Shown here: positions 51,386 through 61,840 of the stretch, in pieces
How positions within the stretch are numbered: position 1 is the stretch's first letter
Layout of the letters: the number at the start of each line of letters is the position of its first letter
Assembly: GCA_963849325.1 (NCBI GenBank)
Contig: CAWKHF010000001.1
Location: 512,001-576,000 of the forward strand
From: an uncultured Planctomycetota bacterium
GTDB taxonomy: Bacteria > Planctomycetota > Planctomycetia > Gemmatales > Gemmataceae
Direction of reading: 5' to 3'
DNA: 64,000 nt
Notes under the pieces: generated by a model
Databases searched by the model: none
What the model saw: only the letters and a program-made list of their open reading frames with translations
What the model was told of the DNA's origin: nothing
Position numbers and translations under genes: made by a program

Positions 51386-52124
51386 CTATCGGACCCGGCG
51401 CGGCGGTTTCGGCTGGGGCGGCGGCCATTGCTGGACCGGCGGCGCCGGCTGGATCGTGGGCCGCGTATTGAGCGGACGGTTGTTCTCGGTCGTACCAGAA
51501 GAGGCCGATGAAGCCCAGACAGCCGAGTGTCAGCAGACCGTTGAGGAGAGTGCCGAGGATGCCGCAGATCCAGCCGGCCTGCGTGATGCCCTGGCCGTTA
51601 ACGTCCATGTCGCCGCGCTTCATCTTGCGCAGGTCGGCCTGGCCCATGATCCACGAAAATAGACCCAGGATCAGCCCGATGGGGACACAGGAGAGGGTCA
51701 GGCAAGCCAGGCTGAGGATGCCCAGCGTCAGGACCAGGGGACCGCGATCCGGTTCGGCGTCGCGCCGCCGGCCGCGATGGCGGAACGACGGCAGATCCTC
51801 GTCCGCGTCGTCGGACAGGCGCGGCGGCAGCGTCCTTTTGGGCGGCCCCGAGCGCGGCGGCTCGGACGGAGAGGACGCTTCGTCGTCCCGCGACCGTTTC
51901 AACTCGACGGCGCCGATCAGGCCAGGCGTGCCGCCTGCCGGCGCGGGACGCGGCTGCGAAGGCTCGTCGAGCGCCAGCTGGAGCGGCAGGTCCGGCGGCG
52001 GGTCGTTCGCCGGGTCCGTGTCAAAGGTGTGGCCGCACGCCGGACAGCGAACCGATCGTCCGCGCAGCTCGTCGGCGACGCGCAGCTTCCCTCCGCAGGA
52101 CGGACACGCAACGATGCTTGGCAT
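51386..52124 (-). CDS. Zinc-ribbon plus DUF4190-like membrane protein (indel near the 3' end)
   Basis: CPSC..CPAC zinc ribbon, acidic/Arg linker, RG..VLTLGILS and G.TQAGWICGI. Confidence 0.8.
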
Positions 52125-52151
52125 GAACACCTCAACCGATGAATTCAGCGT

Positions 52152-52761
52152 TTATCTGTCGAAATAATCTTTTACTTCCGGATCGCCCAGGAAGACCAGG
52201 ACCAGGATACCCAGCGTCAGGTTGATGAGGTCGCAATTAATGGCATTGATAATCATCATGATAGCGATGCCCTGCGGCGGGGCCTCCTTGTGGGCCTGCT
52301 CGCCCATCAAGTGGACGCCCTTGATGAGGCCCATGATGCCCAGCACGAGGGCGTAATAGGTGCCCGGCCACAGCAGCCCGACGCAGGACACGGCCCCGAT
52401 GGCCAACCCCGCCAGGCCGGAGATGAGGGCGAGGATACCGCCAATCAAAATCATGATGCCGATGGCCTGCACCTTGCTCGGCTTCGCGCGGCGGCGACGA
52501 CGCGGGCGGTCCTCAGAATCGTCGTCGCGCGGCCAGCGCTTCGAGGGTCGCGGCTCGTCGTCATAATCGTCGTCCGGCGGCGGAGCGGTGCGGCGCGAGG
52601 AGCGCTCCGGGGGCGGCGCGGCCGGCGCGGCGCTTCCTCCTCGGCCTCATCCGGGGCCGTGAAGTTGTGCGCGCAGGACGGACACTTGACCGCTTGGCCG
52701 AGTAAATTCTCGGGGACGCGCAGAGGCGCTCGCAGGAGGGACAGGAGATCGTGGTACTCAT
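52152..52761 (-). CDS. Zinc-ribbon plus membrane domain protein (indel-split)
   Basis: CPSC..VKCPSC, KPSKVQAIGIM and 3-4 TM segments. Confidence 0.75.
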
Positions 52762-52843
52762 GGGGATGCTTCCCGGAAGGAGGTCGTTCTCACGTCGAGG
52801 GCCGCCCTTGGCTGGCACCGAATACTTCGTTGTACCGCCCCGC

Positions 52844-53470
52844 TCATTTGGCCAGGTAGACGAAGGTGTAGAAAGCGGCGAAAATCAATCCCAGGAGGAG
52901 GCCGGCGATGGCGCCGCTTCGGCCGGTCTCCGTCTGCGCCTTGCCGCGCGGGTCCATGCGGCCGTCGCGCATGTGTTCCAGGTCGCGGTTGGCCATCAGC
53001 CAGACCAGCACGCCGACGGGCACGCTGACCAGGGCGCCGATGCCGAACGTGCAGAGGGTCAGCCCGCCGACGATCATGCTGAAGTTGCCGAGGCCGACGA
53101 GGAGCGGCCCGCGGTGCGGCTCGCAATCGCGGCGGATCTCGTCGGCGGCGCGGCGTCGCCCGCTCGGGAGGTCGTCTTCCGGCTCCAACTCCTCGCCGCA
53201 GTGCGGACAACACGGGTCTTCCCAGGTGATGCGCCGGCCGCAGCCCGGACAATAGGGACCGCGCCTTCGGTCCCCTGCTTCGTCGTCGGCGGGTGGTTCC
53301 AGGGGAGACCGAGGAACGGCTGGCACCGAGCGCCAGGACGGCGGGCCAGGCCGAGCCGGGGTGGCGACGAAGGGGTAATGACACCCGAAGCAACGGACGC
53401 GCCGCCCCAGCAGGGCGTCGGCCACCTGGACGCTACATCCGCAGGCCGGACAGGTGACGAGTTCAGGCAT
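52844..53470 (-). CDS. Double zinc-ribbon plus DUF4190-like membrane protein
   Basis: CPAC..CFGC, CPGC..CPHC, EPHRG and DL..M..G.MD..G..T..G. Confidence 0.8.
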   Translation of the reverse strand: MPELVTCPACGCSVQVADALLGRRVRCFGCHYPFVATPARPGPPSWRSVPAVPRSPLEPPADDEAGDRRRGPYCPGCGRRITWEDPCCPHCGEELEPEDDLPSGRRRAADEIRRDCEPHRGPLLVGLGNFSMIVGGLTLCTFGIGALVSVPVGVLVWLMANRDLEHMRDGRMDPRGKAQTETGRSGAIAGLLLGLIFAAFYTFVYLAK

Positions 53471-53584
53471 GATTCCATCCCGCCGGGGGTCCGGCACCGG
53501 CAATCCGGCTTGAGTTTATCGCATGGATGGCCGCCTGTATAGGGAGTCGCGCTCGTTTTTCCGCTGCTGTATCAAGGTGGAGTC

Positions 53585-54341
53585 ATGACGTTGCGAGGGG
53601 ATCGACCGGGAAGACGGGTGCAGCTGCATCGGGCCGTGTCGAAGCTGGGCTGGGGTTCGCGCGGCCAGGCGTGGGCGTGGATTCGGGCTGGCGAGGTGCG
53701 CGTCGATGATCGCGTCGTCACTGAGCCGCTGACGTGGGTGGACCTGGATCGCCAACGGATCACGCGCCACGAGCAGTCCGCTCCGGCGTCGGCCGGCCCG
53801 CTGACGTTGGCCCTGCACAAGCCGCGCGGTGTTGTCACCACGCGCCGCGATGAGCGCGGCCGACAGACGGTTTACGACCTGCTGCCGCCGGGCCTGCCCT
53901 GGATCTTCCCGGCTGGCCGTCTCGACGCCGATTCCGAGGGTCTGCTGATCCTGACCAGCGACGCCGCCCTGGCCATGCGCCTGACCGAGCCGGAGCACCA
54001 CGTCGCCAAGACGTATCACGTCACCGTCTCGGGCCGGCCGACCGCGGACGTGCTCGATCGGCTCCGTCGCGGCGTCGATCTTGCCCGATGGCCGCACGCG
54101 CCCCGCTCGCGCGCGGCTGCTCCAGGCGGGAGAGAAGAGCAGCGTGGTCGAAATCGTTTTGACCGAGGGGCGCAATCGCCAGGTTCGCCGCATGGCCGCC
54201 GCCGTGGGTCATCGCGTGCGCCGGCTGGTGCGCGTGGCGATCGGCGCGTATCGGCTGGGCGACTTGCCGCCGGGAGCGCATCGGACCCTGGACGAAGTGG
54301 ATCGGGAACGGTTGCTCGGCTCGTCCGAGCCTGAAGCGTAA
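53585..54341 (+). CDS. rRNA pseudouridine synthase (RsuA/RluB/E family; one indel)
   Basis: S4 domain, HKPRGVVTT, GRLDADSEGL and EGRNRQVRRM. Confidence 0.93.
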
Positions 54342-54427
54342 GCGAAGGAACGACAATCCTCTCGGCTCGTCCGAGCCTGAAGCGTAAGCGAAGGAACGAC
54401 AATCCTCTTCGCTTACGCTTCAGGCTC
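54315..54427. repeat. Family A REP with a perfect 46-bp tandem duplication
   Basis: 54315-54360 is identical to 54361-54406, followed by the inverted arm. Confidence 0.9.
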
Positions 54428-54449
54428 CGATGGGTTTGGTCTGATGGCC

Positions 54450-55128
54450 CTAAAGGGCCTTCCGGCCGTTGAAGCCACCCATGCCTTTGCCGGCGAAGCC
54501 GCCCATGCCCATGCCACCCATCATCATGCCGCCCATGCCCATGCCACCCATGCCGCCCATGCCGCCCATGCCCATCATGCCGCCACGCATGCCCATGCCG
54601 CCCATCATGGACATGCCGCCGCCCATCATGCCCATGCCGCCGCCCATCATCATGCCGCCCATCATGCCCATGCCGCCGCCCATCATGCCCATGCCGCCGC
54701 CCATCATGCCCATGCCGCCCATCATGCCCATGCCGCCGCCCATCATGCCCATGCCGCCCATCATACCGCCGCCGCATGCCCATCATGCCCATGCCGCCGC
54801 CCATCATGCCACCCATCATGCCCATGCCGCCGCCCATCATGCCGCCGCGCATGCCCATCATGCCGCCGCGCATGCCCATGCCGCCGCCCATCATGCCCAT
54901 GCCGCCGCCCATCATGCTGCCGAGGCCACCCATGCCGCCGCCGATGCCGCCGCTGGCGAAACCGCCCGTGGAGTCGGTCATGGCGTTATGCATCGCCGGC
55001 ATCATCGGCAGGGGGGGCATGGCGCCGCGGAACTGGCCCCTCGACAGGCTCGGTCGCAGCAGGAAAGCAAGGAACAGGGACAGAGCCAGGACGTAGCCCA
55101 GGCGCGTCCAACGAATCGTTGAGAACAT
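54450..55128 (-). CDS. Exported Gly/Met-rich repeat protein (one indel)
   Basis: AGGAG SD, signal-peptide-like N-terminus, then ~150 aa of GGMGMM-type repeats. Confidence 0.75.
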
Positions 55129-55404
55129 GACGGGTCTCCTGAGAGGATGAGACAAAGCGTGACCGGGACGGCACCTCCAACCGCCGCGTCGGCATCGACG
55201 TCACGGCGGGCAGGGAAGGGACGACCGTGATTCGCTCGCCGGACCATCGACAAGCGACGACCGGCGGCTTGCGCGGACGTGCTGTGGAGGAGGGCTTCGT
55301 GGACGACCCGCGGGCCGCGCAAAACGGACCCCGGATCCAGACCGGCCGCTTTGACCCATTCGAGGAAGGAGGTCCCAATCGCGGGAATTGGAAAGTCTAG
55401 AATC

Positions 55405-55433
55405 AGTATGAGAACTTATGAAATCGATGTCAA
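55405..55433 (-). promoter_or_regulatory. Sigma70-type promoter upstream of the Gly/Met gene
   Basis: TTGACA-N17-CATACT in an AT-rich patch. Confidence 0.6.
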
Positions 55434-55579
55434 GTAACTGTCGAACAATTAATCTCCCGGCCCTCTGCGCCAATGTCAAGGAGATGTCGTGACGATGGGC
55501 TGACAGTAGTTTGGCCGCTTGCGGTCAAGCGTTCCCGTGCTACAAAGGCTGTATAAGAGAGGACGGGGCATAAACCATC

Positions 55580-56104
55580 ATGACGGTACAAGAACTGCCG
55601 ATCGTCCGCCGGACGTTCGGGTTTGAGCGAACCCAATGCGGTTGTGAATATTGCAAGGCTTATTGCCGGCACCTGCCGGGCGCACTGGATCCGTCCGATC
55701 TAACACGCCTGGGCCCGGACGGCCCGAACGTCTTCGCCTGGGCGGAACACCATCTGCGCGCCTTGATCCAGCAACCGTATCCTTTGCTGGTGCCCGCCCG
55801 CAACGAACAAGGTCCTTGTCACTGGTACTTCGACGGCCAATGCGCCGTGCATGAAAACGCCCCCTATAGCTGCGCTTTTTTCGACGCCCACATGCCCGAT
55901 GCCGAGGTGGGCCGGCGAGCGGCCGCGACGATCCAGGCGTGCAAGGACGATGCGGCGGCGAACGGGTTGTACCATCGCGTCTGGCTCCATCTGTGGCGGA
56001 GGGGGTTGGTCGGCCAACCGGGAGACCGGGAGGCGCTGCTCGCCGAGGTCCGCAAGAGGAGCCGCAGGGCCGAGGGTCGTTTGCGGAGAATGCGACAGGG
56101 ATGA
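55580..56104 (+). CDS. YkgJ-like Cys-cluster protein
   Basis: CGCEYCKAYC and C.W...CAVH..P..C..F. Confidence 0.7.
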   Translation: MTVQELPIVRRTFGFERTQCGCEYCKAYCRHLPGALDPSDLTRLGPDGPNVFAWAEHHLRALIQQPYPLLVPARNEQGPCHWYFDGQCAVHENAPYSCAFFDAHMPDAEVGRRAAATIQACKDDAAANGLYHRVWLHLWRRGLVGQPGDREALLAEVRKRSRRAEGRLRRMRQG

Positions 56105-56209
56105 GCGGGCCGAGAGAACCGTGGCCCCGAAGAAGACATCGAACAAGTGGCCGCCGGGTGGATATAATCGGCGTTAGCGCGTCATTCTCGTTGCCTGGAG
56201 GAGGTAGCC

Positions 56210-56956
56210 ATGCCCATCCACGACTGGACCCGTGTCGATGCGGGATTGTTTCACGACTTTCACCAGAGTTGGATAGTCGCCCTGTGCAACTCTCTTAACA
56301 CGGGCCACCTGCCGTCGAACTACTTCGCCCTCGTGGAGCAAAGAATCCGGGGGCCGATCCCGGACGTCTTGACCTTGCAGCTGCCGCCGGGGTCACAAGG
56401 GCCGAGCAACGGCAGCGTTGGCCTGGCGGTGGCGACGGCGCCGCCCCGAACACGCCTGGTCCGGCGGAGTGAAGCGGAAATCTATGCCGGCAAGGCCGAT
56501 CGCATCACCGTCCGGCATCGACACGGCGATGTCGTCGCCATCATCGAGATCGTCTCGCCGGGCAACAAGGCCAGCCGCGCCGAGATGCGCGCGTTTGTGG
56601 AGAAGGCGGCGAAGCTGATCCAGCAGGGCGTTCATCTGCTGGTGATCGACCTCTTTCCACCGGGCCGCCATGATGGGGGCGGCATCCACAAGGCCATCTG
56701 GGACGAATTTGAGGATGAGGATTTCGAGTTCCCACCGGGCAAGTCGCTCATCCTGGCGGCCTACGACGCGGGGCCGGAATACGTGGCCTACGTCGAACCG
56801 GTCGCGGTCGGCGATGTCCTGCCCGACATGCCGTTGTTTTTACGACCGGATTTCTACGTCCCGACTCCTCTGGAATCGACCTATCAGCAGACGTGGAGCG
56901 GTTTCCCTGCCGCCCTGAAACGATTGCTGGAGGGACCGGCCGCATCGCCCCCGTGA
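56210..56956 (+). CDS. DUF4058 family (Uma2/PDDEXK-like) protein
   Basis: MPIHDWTRV..FHDFHQ.W, IEIVSPGNK, VHLLVIDL and LPDMPLFL. Confidence 0.85.
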   Translation: MPIHDWTRVDAGLFHDFHQSWIVALCNSLNTGHLPSNYFALVEQRIRGPIPDVLTLQLPPGSQGPSNGSVGLAVATAPPRTRLVRRSEAEIYAGKADRITVRHRHGDVVAIIEIVSPGNKASRAEMRAFVEKAAKLIQQGVHLLVIDLFPPGRHDGGGIHKAIWDEFEDEDFEFPPGKSLILAAYDAGPEYVAYVEPVAVGDVLPDMPLFLRPDFYVPTPLESTYQQTWSGFPAALKRLLEGPAASPP

Positions 56957-57019
56957 GCGTGAATGTTGAAACGCTCGCCGCGATGGCTACCATCCCGCCG
57001 ACTCCCCGGAGACCGCCGC

Positions 57020-60000
57020 ATGACACGTTTGACCCTGGCCGGTGTTGCCCTGTCCGTCATCCTCCTCGCCGCCGTAACCGCCGCAGCCGACCCGGAAGTC
57101 CGCAAGACACACCAGGTCGAGCTGAACGGCCACACCTTTACGCTGCCGGCCGACTTCGACATCGAGCTGGCCGCCGGGCCGCCGTTGATCGATCGACCCA
57201 TCGTCGCCGACTTGGATGACGAGGGACGACTCTACGTCGCCGATTCGTCCGGCTCCAACGAGCCGACGGCCGTGCAGGTCGTCAAGAGGCCGCACCGCAT
57301 CGTCCGCCTGGAGGACGCCGACGGCGATGGCCGCTTCGACCGCCGCACCGTCTTCGCCGACAAGATGATGTTCCCCGAGGGGTGTATGTGGCTGGCGGGA
57401 TCGCTGTACGTGGCGGCGCCGCCGTCGATCTGGAAGCTGACCGACGCCGACGGCGACGGCGTGGCCGAGCGGCGCAGCGAGTGGTTCCAGGGCAAGACGC
57501 TCACCGGCTGCGCCAACGACCTGCATGGACCCTACCTTGGACCGGACGGCTGGGTCTACTGGTGCAAGGGGGCATTCGCCAAACAGACCTACGAGCGGCC
57601 CCCCTCACCCCAACCCTCTCCCCCCTCCGGGGGGAGAGGGAGTAAGGGTGAGGGGGGCAAGCCGCCGTTGGTGACACGGGCATCGCACATCTTCCGTTGC
57701 CGTCCTGATGGCTCGGGCATCGAGCCGGTGATGACCGGCGGCATGGACAATCCGGTCGATGTCGTTTTCACGCCCGGCGGCGAGCGCATCTTCACCACGA
57801 CGTTCTTCCAGCATCCCGGCGGCGGCCGCCGCGATGGACTCATCCACGCCGTTTACGGCGGCATCTACGGCAAGGACCACGACGTCATCCACGATCCCGT
57901 CCACAAGTGGACCAGTCCCGCACTCATGCCCGTGTTGACGCATCTCGGCGCCGCGGCGCCGTGCGGCTTGACCCGCTATGAATCGCGCGTCTTCGGCGCC
58001 GACTACCAGGACAACCTGTTCGCCTGCCTGTTCAACATGCACAAGGTAACGCGGCACGTCCTCATCCCCGACGGCGCCACCTTCCGCACGCGCGACGAGG
58101 ACTTTCTGGTCTCCAGCAATCTCGACTTCCATCCGACCGACGTACACGAGGACGCCGACGGCAGCCTGTTGGTGATCGACACGGGCGGCTGGTACAAGCT
58201 ATGCTGCCCGACCTCGCAGCTGCACAAGCCGGACGTTCTGGGGGCGATTTATCGCATTCGCCGCAAGGGAGCGCCTCGCCTCAACGACCCGCGCGGCCGC
58301 AAGCTGGCGTGGGCGAAGATGTCGCCCGCCGAGCTGGCGGGGTTGCTCGGCGACGCGCGGCCGGCCGTGCGGCGGCGCGCCGTGGAGACACTGGGGCGAA
58401 ATGGGGCGGAGGCGGTGCCGGCCTTGGCGGACGTGATTCGTTCGGGGAAATCGGCCGAGGCGCGGCGCAATGCCGTGTGGGCGGCGACGCGCATCAACGA
58501 TGCCGCCGCTCGCGCCGCGGTGCGGCGAGCGCTGACTGATGCCGACGAGACCACCCGGCAGGCAGCGATTCATTCGATCAGTGTTCGCCGCGACCGTGAG
58601 GCCGTGCCGTCGCTGCGCAAGCTGCTGGAAACCACCTCGCCGCACAACCGCCGTGCCGCCGCCGAAGCGCTCGGCCGCCTCGGCGACAAGTCCGCCGTGC
58701 CGGATCTGCTCGATGTGTTCGCCGGGGCGGACGATCGCGCTCTGGAGCATTCGTTGATATTCGCCCTCATCGAAATCGCCGATGCCGAAGCGACCTGGGG
58801 CGGATTGAACGACACGACCGCCCGCGTTCACCGAGCGACCCTCGTCGCCCTCGATCAGATGGAGGGCGGCGGACTGAGGGCGGAGACGGTCGCCGACAAA
58901 CTCGCCTCGACCGATGCGGCGTTGAAGGAAACCGCCTGGTGGATCGCCGGCCGTCATCCGGAATGGGCCGAAACCATGACGGGGTTCCTGCGCGATCGAC
59001 TGTTTACCGCGGAGAGTCTGTCCCCGGCCGCGCGCGACGAGTTGGTGCAGCACTTGACGCGCTTCGCCGCGGCACGCCCATCCAGCAGTTGCTCGCCGAG
59101 CGTCTGCGCGATCGCTCCGCCGGCGGCAACGTCCGCCGCGTCGCCCTGCGCGCCATGGCCGCGTCGAACCTGAAAGAAGCGCCGGCAATCTGGATCACCA
59201 CCCTGGCGGATGTCCTCGCCGAGGATAACGCCGAGTTGCGAGCCGAGGCGATCGCCACCGCCAGAGCCTTGCGTGTTCCGTCGAAAGGTGCCGCCAAGCT
59301 CAATGCGGCCCTGCTCCGGATTGGGGAGGACGTCCAGACCGAGGACAAGGCGCGAGTCGCCGCCCTCGCTGCCGTACACGGCGGGCTGACGAAGGTTGAT
59401 CCGTCGCTGTTCGTCTTCCTGCGTTCGCACCTGGATTCGGCGCAGTCGGTCGCCGTCCGCACGGCGGCGGCCGAGGTGCTGGCGCGGGCCAGGCTGGACG
59501 CGGGGCAGCTCACGGCCCTGGCCGAAACGCTGAAAACGGTCGGGCCGCTGGAGGTGAACCGTCTGCTGGACGCCTTCGTGCAATCGACCGACGACAAGGT
59601 AGGCCGCAGCCTCATCGCCGCCTTGCAGACGTCATCGTCCCGCTCGGGCCTGCGCGCCGAGACGCTCCGGCCGCGCCTGGCGAAGTACGGACCCAACGTC
59701 CAGCGTCCGGCCGAAGAGCTGTACGCGGCCCTGGACGTGGACACGGCCAAGCAGAAGGGACGATTGGAGCAGCTGCTGTCTTCGCTCAAGGACGGCGACG
59801 TGCGCCGCGGTCAGGCCGTGTTCAACGGCAGCAAGGCGGCGTGCTCGTCGTGTCACGCCATCGGCTACCTCGGCGGCAAGGTCGGACCCGACCTGACGCA
59901 CATCGGCAAGGTCCGCAACGAGCGCGACCTGCTGGAGTCGATCGTCTTCCCCAGCGCCAGTTTCGTGCGCAGTTATGAGCCGGTGCAGGTGACGACCAAA

Positions 60001-60210
60001 TCCGGCAAGGTGTACAACGGCCTGGTGCGCACGGACGCGGCGGACGAGGTTGTGTTGGTGACGGGGGCCAACCAGGAGACGCGCATCGCCCGCGACGACA
60101 TCGATGATATGCAGCCCAGCAAGGTGTCGGTGATGCCGGCGGGACTCGATCAACAGTTGACGCCGCGCGAGTTGGCCGATTTGGTGGCGTTCCTGAAAGC
60201 GTGTCGGTGA
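57020..60210 (+). CDS. PVC-type heme-binding CxxCH protein (propeller, HEAT repeats, cytochrome c; one indel)
   Basis: Signal peptide, DADGDG repeats, HEAT repeats and CSSCH..GPDL..MPAG. Confidence 0.92.
57598..57658. repeat. Family D palindrome inserted in-frame in the CxxCH gene
   Basis: CCCCTCACCCCAACCCTCTCCCCC..GGGGGAGAGGGAGTAAGGGTGAGGGG, matching the element at 16693. Confidence 0.85.
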
Positions 60211-60231
60211 TAGGGAATCGAAGGTCGTGTC

Positions 60232-60576
60232 ATGGATTACTATCGTCTTGGGCTGGGGAGCGCTTCCTCGCTCATCCAATCGGTCCACGTCGCTGACTGG
60301 GGAGCCAGCGTGCTGGTGGACTGCATCTACGACCCGCTGGGCGAACGCCGGGCGTATCAGCTGTCGTTCCGGGGTTGTTCGCAACTGCGGATCGATATGA
60401 TCCCTGACGCGCCCATCCAGGAACCGCAGGCGGATCTGCTCGGCATCCGCCTCGGACAAGAGGGCGGTCGCCAACCAGCAGTCCTGACCACGGATTTATT
60501 CGAGATGCACATCACGTATCAGCAGTTTCAGTGCATCAAGCCAGGGCAAACCGTGGGGGTTGCCCGACGGGGTTGA
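60232..60576 (+). CDS. Hypothetical protein
   Basis: 114-aa beta-rich-looking ORF with AAGG SD and somewhat lower GC. Confidence 0.6.
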   Translation: MDYYRLGLGSASSLIQSVHVADWGASVLVDCIYDPLGERRAYQLSFRGCSQLRIDMIPDAPIQEPQADLLGIRLGQEGGRQPAVLTTDLFEMHITYQQFQCIKPGQTVGVARRG

Positions 60577-60631
60577 CCAGGCATTGCCACGAACTGAGCC
60601 GACCCGTCGGCTATGGGGCCGAGGAGCAGCC

Positions 60632-60874
60632 ATGATCGACCTGCCTTATTCCTTGGTCATTGAGGCCACACAAGAGCCGGATTTCTTCGGCTTCTATTCC
60701 GAGGAGTTGGAGGGTTTCGCGGGAGTCGGTCACTCGGTCGAAGACTGCCTCTACCAGGCGAAGTGGGCCATGAAGGAGCACATGGAATTGCTGGCAGAGC
60801 GAGGTCTGCCGGTCCCGCCGCGCAACCCCGACCCGGTTGTCACGATCCGTAACGAGCACGAGGAAGCGGCCTAA
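60632..60874 (+). CDS. HicB-like antitoxin domain protein
   Basis: YSLVIE..F..ELEGFAGVGHSVEDCL..AM..H...L..G..VP. GAGGAG SD. Confidence 0.8.
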   Translation: MIDLPYSLVIEATQEPDFFGFYSEELEGFAGVGHSVEDCLYQAKWAMKEHMELLAERGLPVPPRNPDPVVTIRNEHEEAA

Positions 60875-60894
60875 CTATTTCCGGAGAAATCTTC

Positions 60895-61839
60895 ATGACA
60901 CAGGAATGGACGCGGCGCGGCTGGTTGACGGCAACCACGGCGGCGGCCGGCGCTGGTTTATCGCTGGAGCCATCCGCGATCGCGGAGCAAAGCAAGCCGG
61001 ACGAGACGTTCCGTTACGGCCTGAACACGGCCACGCTCATGGGCCAGAAGCTGTCGATCGTCGAGGAGGTCGAGATCGCCAGTCGCGCCGGCTATCAAGC
61101 CCTCGAACCGTGGGTGCGCGAGCTGGATTCCTACGTCAAGAGCGGCGGCAGTTTGAAGGATCTCGGCAAGCGCATCGCCGACCGCGGCCTCCGCGTCGAG
61201 AGCGCCATCGACTTCCCCGAGTGGATCGTGGACGACGACGCCCGCCGCAAGAAGGGTCTGGAGAACGCCCGTCGCGGCATGGACATGGTGAAGCAGATCG
61301 GCGGTACACGGATCGCCGCGCCTCCCGCCGGCGCGACCGATCGGGCCAACATCCCGCTGCTGACCGTGGCCCAGCGCTATCAGGCGCTGCTCGACATCGG
61401 CACGCCAATCGGCGTCGTCCCGCAGGTCGAGGTGTGGGGGCACTCGAAGTTGCTCGGCCGGCTGGGCGAGGCGGCGCTCGTCGCCGTCGAGAGCGGCCAC
61501 AAAGACGCCTGCATCCTGCCGGACGTTTATCATCTCTACAAGGGCGGCTCCGGCTATTCGGGTTTCCATCTGCTCGCTCCATCGGCCGTACACGTCCTGC
61601 ACATGAACGACTATCCCGCCGATCCGCCGCGCGCCGCCATCACCGACGCGCACCGCGTCTATCCCGGCGAAGGCGTCGCGCCGCTGAAAACACTGCTGCG
61701 CGACCTGCGCCGCAGCGGCTTTCGCGTCGTGCTGTCGCTGGAGCTGTTCAACCGCGAATACTGGAAGCGCGACGCCCTGACCGTCGCCCGTACCGGCCTG
61801 GAGAAGATGCGCGCCGTCGTGGCGAGCAGCCTGGGATAG
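60895..61839 (+). CDS. Sugar-phosphate isomerase/epimerase TIM-barrel protein with a Tat-like signal
   Basis: TRRGWL, PDVYH, HMNDY, PGEG and SLELFN. Confidence 0.9.
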   Translation: MTQEWTRRGWLTATTAAAGAGLSLEPSAIAEQSKPDETFRYGLNTATLMGQKLSIVEEVEIASRAGYQALEPWVRELDSYVKSGGSLKDLGKRIADRGLRVESAIDFPEWIVDDDARRKKGLENARRGMDMVKQIGGTRIAAPPAGATDRANIPLLTVAQRYQALLDIGTPIGVVPQVEVWGHSKLLGRLGEAALVAVESGHKDACILPDVYHLYKGGSGYSGFHLLAPSAVHVLHMNDYPADPPRAAITDAHRVYPGEGVAPLKTLLRDLRRSGFRVVLSLELFNREYWKRDALTVARTGLEKMRAVVASSLG

Positions 61840-61840
61840 T

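Noticed and set aside
50859-52130. 423-aa zinc-ribbon-DUF4365 fusion in the ORF track
   Set aside because: Probably an indel artefact. An alternative frame stops at 51386, and DUF4365 has its own SD and ATG.
54315-54406. 46-bp tandem repeat as a mini-CRISPR
   Set aside because: Two adjacent copies with no spacer. It is a duplication of a family A REP arm.
54444-55130. Plus-strand His/Ala-rich or Met/Pro-rich ORFs
   Set aside because: These are shadow frames of the repeat. The minus strand has the SD, signal peptide and promoter.
4524-60210. Mass pseudogenisation or programmed frameshifting of flagellar and other genes
   Set aside because: Single-base indels hit all gene classes, no in-frame nonsense codons were noticed, and catalytic motifs are intact. 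This is typical of unpolished long-read error.
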